Below, in pieces: positions 57,167 to 64,000 of a DNA stretch of 64,000 nucleotides. Source of the DNA: Verrucomicrobiales bacterium (GTDB taxonomy: Bacteria; Verrucomicrobiota; Verrucomicrobiia; Limisphaerales; UBA9464); contig JAIXUV010000034.1 of NCBI GenBank assembly GCA_027483345.1, positions 936 through 64,935 of the forward strand, given 5' to 3'. The stretch's first letter is position 1. Each line of letters opens with the position of its first letter. A program made the position numbers and the translations under genes. The notes beneath the pieces were generated by a model, which was given only the letters and a program-made list of their open reading frames with translations, did no database searches and was not told where the DNA came from.

Positions 57167-59299
57167 ATGAATCGACTCGGACTCGGTCTTCGGATGAGTC
57201 TCGCCATCGGCGGGATACTGCTTGTCGCCATCACCGCCGTCGTGGGCGTCGAGGCCCGCAAGGCGGCCCACTCGGCGACGGAGAACGCCTATCGGGATGC
57301 CGGCCAATTCGCACAGCGGCATGCGCTCGAGGCCGGGCGCCATCTCAACGAGGCCCTCCTCGCCGCCCGGACCGTCTCGCAGGCACTCGAGGGGATGAAG
57401 ACGGCCTGGGTGGACGACCGATCGCTCTACAGCTCCATCCTCAAGCAGGTCCTGACGGCCAACACGAACTTCCTCGCCGTATGGTCCGGCTGGCAACCGG
57501 ACGCCTTGGACGGAAAGGACAAGGACTTCGCCGACAAGGCGGGACACGATTCGACGGGGCGTTTCGTTCCGCTTTGGTTCCGTGTCGGGACCGAGGCCAC
57601 CAACTCGGTCCTGCCGGACCATCAGGTCGCGGGCAAAGGTGACTACCTGCTGAACGCACTGAAGCACGGTCACGAGCACGTCTCGGAGCCCTTCCGGATC
57701 CGCCTTGGCGACCGCGATCACGACGTGGTTTCGCTGGCGGTTCCGATCCGTACAGGCGGAGAGGTGGTCGGCGCCGCCGGCATCCTCCTGCCCCTTTCGA
57801 CCTTCCAAGCGCTGGCGCTCGACCAAGAGACCAGTTCCGACGGCCAACTCGGCATCGCGACCTTCTCCGGGACCCTGGTGGCCGACTCCACCTCCTCAGA
57901 CTTCGGAAAGCGGATTCCTGCCGAATCGCTGTCCAGGCTCCTCGAAGCCATCCGCGCAGGACGCCTGCACCCGGAGACCGGCGTCGACCCGGCCACTGGA
58001 GCCGACCTCCACCGGGTTTACGCCCCGATCCGGATCGGTGAGACCGGCACGCCGTGGATCGCCGAGGCGCGCTTTCCGTTGGACCGGATACGGCAGTCCG
58101 GAACCGACGCCCTCCTGCGGGGACTCCTGATTGGCTTGGCGGCCCTCGTCGCCACCTTGGCCGTGGTGTTCGCGTTGGCTCGTTCGATCGCGCGTCCGCT
58201 CGACCGGGTCACCCTCGAGCTCGGTTCGACGGTGGAGACCCTCGACACCGCGACGGCGGAGCTGAAGGAGGCCAGCCGGGCGATCGCGGACGGCGCATCG
58301 AGCCAGGCAGCGTCATTCGAGGAGACGGCAGCCGCCCTGGAGGAGATGGCGAGCATGACGCGCCGCAACTCGGAACACGCAGGCAGTGCGAAGGAACTCG
58401 CCGGACAAGCGCGTGCCGCAGTCGATTCCGGGGCGGGCGACATGGCCCAGATGTCCCAGGCCATGCTGGAGATCAAGGCGGCGGGCGACAGCATCACGCG
58501 GATCATCCGGACCATCGACGAGATCGCCTTCCAGACCAACATCCTCGCCCTCAATGCGGCCGTCGAGGCCGCCCGAGCCGGGGAACAGGGACTCGGCTTC
58601 GCGGTCGTCGCAGAGGAGGTTCGCAGCCTGGCGCAACGCAGCGCCGCGGCGGCCAAGGAGACTTCGGCCAAGATCAGCGACGCCATCGCCAAGTCGGAAC
58701 GGGGCGTGTCCCTCAGCAACCGAGTCGCAGCGGGACTCAACGACATCCTGGAGAAGGTCCGCCAAGTCGACGAGCTGGTGGCCCAGATCGCTGCGGCTTC
58801 GAAGGAACAAAGCGAAGGCATCTCCCAGATCAACCAGTCTGTGGGACGCATGGAGCGGATCACCCAGGACAACGCCGCGACCACAGAGGAGACGACCCAG
58901 TCGATCAGCCACCTTACCGAACAGACACAGGCTCTGAAGGACGCCGTGCGGAGCCTTGGGCAGCTCGTCCAAGGATCCGGGAGGACGTCAACTGTGAGGC
59001 AACCCGAACTCTCCACGGGAAAACCGCACCCGGCACAGCCCACTTCGACCGGATCCACCGCCGGCATTTCGGCGGCAACCGGCGAGGAACTCGTGATCCT
59101 CCGAAACCCGTGCGCGACGCGGGACGCGGGAAACGGCAACAAGGGTTCGATTTCGGCAAGTGAACGGAAAGCGTCGGTCGATCCCGATATCGCGTTCCCG
59201 ATGCCGCCGCCGGACAGCGTCCTCTCGAAATTCAGCCGCAAGGAGGATCCCAAGGGATCGGGTGGCACCTCGAACGTGGAACTGTTCCACGACTTCTGA
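57167..59299 (+). CDS. Methyl-accepting chemotaxis protein (Cache-type sensor)
   Basis: Two TMs flanking a periplasmic domain; [40 protein letters not shown]. Confidence 0.93.
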   Translation: MNRLGLGLRMSLAIGGILLVAITAVVGVEARKAAHSATENAYRDAGQFAQRHALEAGRHLNEALLAARTVSQALEGMKTAWVDDRSLYSSILKQVLTANTNFLAVWSGWQPDALDGKDKDFADKAGHDSTGRFVPLWFRVGTEATNSVLPDHQVAGKGDYLLNALKHGHEHVSEPFRIRLGDRDHDVVSLAVPIRTGGEVVGAAGILLPLSTFQALALDQETSSDGQLGIATFSGTLVADSTSSDFGKRIPAESLSRLLEAIRAGRLHPETGVDPATGADLHRVYAPIRIGETGTPWIAEARFPLDRIRQSGTDALLRGLLIGLAALVATLAVVFALARSIARPLDRVTLELGSTVETLDTATAELKEASRAIADGASSQAASFEETAAALEEMASMTRRNSEHAGSAKELAGQARAAVDSGAGDMAQMSQAMLEIKAAGDSITRIIRTIDEIAFQTNILALNAAVEAARAGEQGLGFAVVAEEVRSLAQRSAAAAKETSAKISDAIAKSERGVSLSNRVAAGLNDILEKVRQVDELVAQIAAASKEQSEGISQINQSVGRMERITQDNAATTEETTQSISHLTEQTQALKDAVRSLGQLVQGSGRTSTVRQPELSTGKPHPAQPTSTGSTAGISAATGEELVILRNPCATRDAGNGNKGSISASERKASVDPDIAFPMPPPDSVLSKFSRKEDPKGSGGTSNVELFHDF

Positions 59300-59409
59300 C
59301 ACGCCCCCTGAACGCGGGTCCGGCCTGCCACCCGGGAGCGGCAAGCCAAGGCCTCAAAGTCCTTGCTTCACGCAATCAGGAGCCGCTTCCGAACGACCAC
59401 GGCGGGATC

Positions 59410-60300
59410 TCAAACCTCCCCGACCAGCTTCACCAAGCGACGGCCGTATTCGACGTAGTTTGCCCTCAGGGCTTCGTCTTGCGCGCCGGCGTTGGCCTGG
59501 ACGTCGTGGAACACCGCGACCATGTGGGGTTCGATGCTCAACGCACCCGTGTATCCCCTCGCCTTGGCGTCCGCGAGGATCCGACGGACCGCACCGTCGC
59601 CCTCGCCCGGCCAGTGGTAGTCGGCATCGCCCCGCGCCGAATTCCAACGGGCGTCCTTGATGTGGATGTGCACGCTCCGGTCGCGGACTTGGGTCCAGAA
59701 CTCCCAGGGATCCTGCCGGGGCATCGGTTCCGGGCGGGTACGGTCCAGGTTGAAGACGGGATTGGCGGTGTCGAAGACCCAAGCGAGGCCGGGCACCTCG
59801 TCGAGTAGGCGTTGGGCGTGCCTCCAGCTCATCCCGCCGTAGTTCATGCAGTTCTCGTGGACCGGTTGGAGTCCGGCGTCGAGGAAGCGGCGGGTCACCT
59901 CCCGCAGGCGGCGGAAACGTTCGGCCTCCATCTGGTCCCCATCGTCCCGCACCTTGTAGCTCATGATGCGGACGAACCGGGTTCCAAGCCGCTGCATGCG
60001 CGGGATGCAGCGATCCACCTCGGCCAGGGTGATCTCGAACGGGTCCTCGATCCGTTTCGCCCAGTTGCCGATCGTCGACGCAAAGCAGTAAACCGAGATG
60101 CCGGCGTCCTCCAGCATCCCGACCGCGGAGTCGAAGGCCGCGTCCGTCAGGTCGTGGAGATTCGCCTTGGGATGCCCCGGTACCGTGACGTTTCGGGCCT
60201 CGATGTGGCGCCAACCCAGTTCGCGGGTGGCTTCGATCTGGGAGGCCAGCGACTGGCCGGCCTCGTCGCCGATGCCGCAATAGAGGGAGGGAAAGGACAT
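59410..60300 (-). CDS. Sugar phosphate isomerase/epimerase (xylose isomerase-like TIM barrel)
   Basis: GIGDEA, VHEN, FDTAN, HIHIKDA, SIEPH. Confidence 0.88.
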   Translation of the reverse strand: MSFPSLYCGIGDEAGQSLASQIEATRELGWRHIEARNVTVPGHPKANLHDLTDAAFDSAVGMLEDAGISVYCFASTIGNWAKRIEDPFEITLAEVDRCIPRMQRLGTRFVRIMSYKVRDDGDQMEAERFRRLREVTRRFLDAGLQPVHENCMNYGGMSWRHAQRLLDEVPGLAWVFDTANPVFNLDRTRPEPMPRQDPWEFWTQVRDRSVHIHIKDARWNSARGDADYHWPGEGDGAVRRILADAKARGYTGALSIEPHMVAVFHDVQANAGAQDEALRANYVEYGRRLVKLVGEV

Positions 60301-60342
60301 GGGTCTATCTGTTGGGAAGGGACGTTGGGAATCCGTCGCCGC

Positions 60343-60375
60343 AAACGACGAAGGCCACCCTCTCGGGTGGCCCTT
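60343..60375 (-). terminator. Terminator after the small basic ORF
   Basis: ggccaccc-gaga-gggtggcc followed by ttcgtcgttt on the minus strand. Confidence 0.7.
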
Positions 60376-60392
60376 GGACGGAACCGACGGGC

Positions 60393-60497
60393 CTACTTGG
60401 CCTTGGCGGTCTTCGCGACGCGCGCGGTTTCCTTCTTACGCTTGTTGTAGGCGTAACGGCGGCGGCGCTTCTGGATTTTGTTGGATTGTTGTCCCAT
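60393..60497 (-). CDS. 34-aa highly basic small protein (not in the ORF track)
   Basis: ATG..TAG = MGQQSNKIQKRRRRYAYNKRKKETARVAKTAKAK; biased codons; AT-rich upstream region; own terminator. Confidence 0.75.
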   Translation of the reverse strand: MGQQSNKIQKRRRRYAYNKRKKETARVAKTAKAK

Positions 60498-60542
60498 GGC
60501 TAAGATTTACTTTCGCAAATGTTGCAAGTCTTGAGTCGGAAG

Positions 60543-61241
60543 ATGCGTCGTGCCAGCGGCTGCATCAACCACTTTCTCCTCGGGTGCGCCGCGGTGGGGC
60601 TGCTCGCGACGGGATGCTCTTCGACGCCCGCGGAGAAGCAAAGCAAGGCGGAGAAGAAGGACCTGGCCCAGGTGCGGGTGTATCGGGAAGCCAAGGACTT
60701 CTCCGGCCGCGCCGCGGAAGCCGGCAGCCTCGGCACCAGCAAGGCGACCGTCGGGCGATCCGACCCGGCCGAATTGACGGTCCTCCGTGAGTCCTTCCTC
60801 GACGAACGGGACATCAAGCGCGCCCAACTCGTCGAACAGGGCGACAACGGCTTCATGATCGGCCTGGAGTTCACCGCACACGGCAGCCTGGTGCTCCAGA
60901 TGAACTCTCTCGCCGTCCAAGGCCAGCACCTGGTCGTCGCAGCGCGTTGGTCGGACGGCACCAACGTCATGGGACGGTTCATCGCCGCGCCGATCATCCG
61001 ACGCCAACTGGACAAGGGATTCCTGGTCTTCACCCCCGACATGAACCGCGAAGAGGCCACCCGGTTCGTGCGGGGCCTCAACAACGTGGCCATCAAGTTG
61101 GAGAACCAGCCCAAGCCGGTGGATGAGAAGAAGGCGAAGAAGGCGGCGGAAAAGGCGGCGAAGAAGCAGAAGAAGCAGGAGTCCGAGAGGCCTTCCAGCA
61201 CCTTCAAGAGGGACTTCGACCCGTTCCTGCCCCAGCCCTAG
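60543..61241 (+). CDS. Lipoprotein with SecDF head-like domain
   Basis: Lipobox LATGC; FLDERDIKRA..LEFTAHG..AAPIIRR..EEATRFVRGL. Confidence 0.65.
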   Translation: MRRASGCINHFLLGCAAVGLLATGCSSTPAEKQSKAEKKDLAQVRVYREAKDFSGRAAEAGSLGTSKATVGRSDPAELTVLRESFLDERDIKRAQLVEQGDNGFMIGLEFTAHGSLVLQMNSLAVQGQHLVVAARWSDGTNVMGRFIAAPIIRRQLDKGFLVFTPDMNREEATRFVRGLNNVAIKLENQPKPVDEKKAKKAAEKAAKKQKKQESERPSSTFKRDFDPFLPQP

Positions 61242-62257
61242 TGAACCTCAGACGCATCGCCCTCCTGGCGCTGCTCCTGGTCCCAGGAGTCGGTCGCCTC
61301 TTCGCCCAGCCGTTCCAGCTGCCTACCGCAAACCGTGCGGTCCTCGACCCGGATGGCGGACAGGAACGCTATTTCGTCGGCACAGTGGGTAAGCCTTGGA
61401 CCAGCGGACGGTTCGGATGCGTCCGGACCGATGGGTTCCAGCTCCATGAAGGCGTCGACATCCGGCCCTTGGACCGGGACCGGCGGGGCGAACCGACCGA
61501 TCCCGCCCGCTGCGCCGCCGAAGGTGTGGTGGCCTATGTGAACACCAAGCCGTCCCTCTCGAACTACGGCAACTACGTGGTGGTGCGCCACAAGATCGAC
61601 CAACTCGAGGTCTTCACCCTCTATGCCCACCTCGCCTCGGTGAAGGCGGGGATCAAGGCCGGGACCCCGACGCAATCCGGGGACGTCCTGGGTGTCATGG
61701 GCCGGACTTCCAATACCCGCCAACGCATCACTCCCGACCGGGCCCATCTCCATTTCGAGATCCTCTTCATGGCCAACTCCCGCTATGCCGAATGGCACCG
61801 GGGTGCATTGAAGGGAACCCGGAACGACCACGGCGACTTCAACGGCCGCAACCTGATGGGAATCGATCCCGTGGAGGTCTACCGCATCCAGTCCAAGGTC
61901 GGTCCCGGCTATGATCTCGTGCGGCACCTGGGCGGGATACCCGAGTTGTGCCGGGTGGTGCTGCGCCAACCGAATCCCGATTGGGTCCGGCGCAACCGCG
62001 GCGCGGTCCGTCCCAACCCCAAGGCCGAACGCGACGGTGTCGCCGGATGGGAACTGGCCCTCGGCTTCAACGGCGTCCCGCTCCATGCGACCCCGCGCAG
62101 CCGACAGGAACTGGGGGGCTCACGTCGCAACGCCCTCCTGACCGTCAATCCCGTGGTGGCCGCCGCCCATCCCTGCGGCAAGATCGTGGTCCGCCGCGGA
62201 CAATCCTGGGAACTCACCAACAAGGGATCCCAACTCCTCGAGTTGCTCGCCTACTGA
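61241..62257 (+). CDS. M23-family metallopeptidase
   Basis: HEGVDI, YGNYVVVRH, LYAHL, MGRT, HLHFEI. Confidence 0.92.
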   Translation: MNLRRIALLALLLVPGVGRLFAQPFQLPTANRAVLDPDGGQERYFVGTVGKPWTSGRFGCVRTDGFQLHEGVDIRPLDRDRRGEPTDPARCAAEGVVAYVNTKPSLSNYGNYVVVRHKIDQLEVFTLYAHLASVKAGIKAGTPTQSGDVLGVMGRTSNTRQRITPDRAHLHFEILFMANSRYAEWHRGALKGTRNDHGDFNGRNLMGIDPVEVYRIQSKVGPGYDLVRHLGGIPELCRVVLRQPNPDWVRRNRGAVRPNPKAERDGVAGWELALGFNGVPLHATPRSRQELGGSRRNALLTVNPVVAAAHPCGKIVVRRGQSWELTNKGSQLLELLAY

Positions 62258-62329
62258 CGCCGTCCGCTCGACCGCCTTCCAGCGGCTCCCGCCTCGGGTC
62301 ACGGTTGGCGTTCGATTCTTCCAAGCCGA

Positions 62330-63367
62330 TCAGCCGCACGTCTCTTCCTGCGTTTCCGCGGACGTTTCCGAAGCGGCTTTCGGGATGGGCACGAGGTCCA
62401 TCGGCTGCTCGTGGTCCAGATGGGCGTTGCAAGCGGTGAAGAACTCGTCCCGGGTCGTGGCCCGCCGGATCCGATGGAGGAAGTCGGGGCTGATGCCGTC
62501 CCCGACGAAGTTCATGTACTTCTTCATCTTCTCGACCTGCAACCGCTCACGGAAACCCGCCGTCGGCTGGGTCGCTTCGTAGAGTCTGCGGACGTAGTCC
62601 AGGACCTCCCGTCCGGTGGGGCGACGGAACCCGCGGCCAGCCCGATGGTCGCGGATCTGCCCGAAGATCCATGGGTTCCGAATGCAACCGCGGCCGATCA
62701 TCAGTCCCCGCGCGCCGGTTTCGGCAAGCACCTGTTCGGCTCGGCCGGGCGAATAGACGTTTCCGTTGGCGAGCACGGGACAACCCAAGGCCTCCACCGC
62801 ACGTCGGATGAACCCGTATCGGACTTCCGAACGGTACATCTCGCGCACGGTGCGACCATGCACGGTAAGGAGGTCGACCCGATGGCGGGCGACGATTTCC
62901 AGCAACGTCTCGAACACCTCGGTGTCGTCGAACCCGATGCGCGTCTTCACGGTGAAGGCCACGTCGGTGACGGCCTGCCTCATGGCACCGAGGATGCGGT
63001 CGATGCGTTCAGGTTCGCGCAGGAGACCGCCGCCGGCGCACTTGCGATAGACCACCGGCGCCGGACAACCGAGGTTGAGGTCGACCGCCACCACCGGATG
63101 TCCCTGGAGTTCCGAAGCCGCCTTGGCGAGCGCTTCGGCGTCGTTGCCGATCAGTTGTGCAATCGCCGGCCTGCCGGTGGGATTCTCCTGGATCGCCTTG
63201 AGGACCGCCCGGTCGATGTTGCTGGTGGAATGCACCCGGCTGTACTCAGTCCAATAGATGTCCGGACCGCCGTACTCCGAGAGCAGGCGCCAGAACGGGA
63301 GGTCGGTGACGTCCTGCATGGGGGCCAAGGCGAGGACCGGCTCCCCGCTGTTCAAGGCCTGTTCCAA
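62330..63367 (-). CDS. tRNA-dihydrouridine synthase family protein
   Basis: LAPMQDVT, DLNLGCP, VKTRIG, TVHGRT, ANGNV, MIGRG; start uncertain (TTG 63367 or ATG 63481). Confidence 0.92.
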   Translation of the reverse strand: MEQALNSGEPVLALAPMQDVTDLPFWRLLSEYGGPDIYWTEYSRVHSTSNIDRAVLKAIQENPTGRPAIAQLIGNDAEALAKAASELQGHPVVAVDLNLGCPAPVVYRKCAGGGLLREPERIDRILGAMRQAVTDVAFTVKTRIGFDDTEVFETLLEIVARHRVDLLTVHGRTVREMYRSEVRYGFIRRAVEALGCPVLANGNVYSPGRAEQVLAETGARGLMIGRGCIRNPWIFGQIRDHRAGRGFRRPTGREVLDYVRRLYEATQPTAGFRERLQVEKMKKYMNFVGDGISPDFLHRIRRATTRDEFFTACNAHLDHEQPMDLVPIPKAASETSAETQEETCG

Positions 63368-63505
63368 GGCCCGGGAACGCGCAGGAAACCGCCATATGGA
63401 GGGCGGTTCGGCAACCTTCGGTCCCCCTGCCCCGACGTTCTGAACCGCTCCGGGGCTTGTGTCGGATGAAAATATGGCCATGCTTGCGCTTTCGTTTCCG
63501 TACCT

Positions 63506-64000
63506 ATGGCTAAAGTCTACACCGACAAGGACGCCGACCTGAGCGTCTTCAAAGACAAAACCCTCGCCGTCCTCGGCTTCGGCTCCCAGGGCCACGCCCA
63601 TGCGCTGAACCTCAAGGAATCGGGGCTCAACGTCATCATCGGACTCTACGAGGGGTCCAAGTCGATCAAAGTCGCCCGTGAAAAGGGCTTCGAGGTCGTC
63701 TCGAGCGCCGACGCCGTCAAGCGCGCCGACGTGATCATGATCGCCCTTCCGGACACCAAGCAGGCGTCCGCCTACGAGAAGGACATCGCGCCCAACCTGA
63801 CCAAGGGCAAGACCCTGCTGTTCAGCCACGGCTTCTCGATCCACTACAAGACGATCGTCCCGCCGGCCGACGTGAACGTGATCCTGGTCGCCCCGAAGGG
63901 CCCCGGACACATCGTCCGCCGCCAGTACACCGAGGGCAAGGGCGTCCCCAGCCTGATCGCCGTCCACCAGAACCCGACCCGCACCGCGAAGAAGATCGCG
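63506..64000 (+). CDS. ilvC: Ketol-acid reductoisomerase (5' part; runs off the window edge)
   Basis: [42 protein letters not shown]. Confidence 0.97.
   Translation, partial: MAKVYTDKDADLSVFKDKTLAVLGFGSQGHAHALNLKESGLNVIIGLYEGSKSIKVAREKGFEVVSSADAVKRADVIMIALPDTKQASAYEKDIAPNLTKGKTLLFSHGFSIHYKTIVPPADVNVILVAPKGPGHIVRRQYTEGKGVPSLIAVHQNPTRTAKKIA

Noticed and set aside
63482-63967. N-terminal extension of the Dus ORF
   Set aside because: Antisense to ilvC, which begins at 63506
1-64000. CRISPR array, prophage, IS element, rRNA or intact tRNA, oriC
   Set aside because: No regularly spaced repeats, transposase/integrase or structural genes, full cloverleaf or clustered DnaA boxes were seen by eye

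Overview
High-GC bacterial chromosomal window, most likely Verrucomicrobiota/PVC, judging by the PEP-CTERM proteins, a DUF1559-type prepilin and a PVC-type CxxCH protein. It is mostly housekeeping: uvrA (partial), ndk, rnd, msrP, ahbAB, mutS, hom, dnaB-bamA-skp-ispD-rpoD, a phosphohexomutase, cobA/hemD, dus and ilvC (partial). I saw no rRNA, intact tRNA, CRISPR array or transposase. The most notable item is a cobalamin riboswitch (~30764-30921) heading a four-gene operon with no canonical btu gene: a BtuH-like PEP-CTERM protein, a CWC+DUF5522 Cys-rich fusion, a secreted protein and a DUF1559/H-X9-DG pilin-like protein. This is a candidate undescribed surface B12-capture system. Other highlights: a ~2.2 kb low-GC insert carrying rfbG and a secreted protein that looks circularly permuted; a C-terminal domain shared by two unrelated secreted proteins; an unannotated 34-aa very basic ORF with its own terminator; recurrent leaderless-type promoters; and a dispersed 27-nt intergenic repeat. 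All family calls come from motif recognition by eye, not database searches, and several start codons are estimates.
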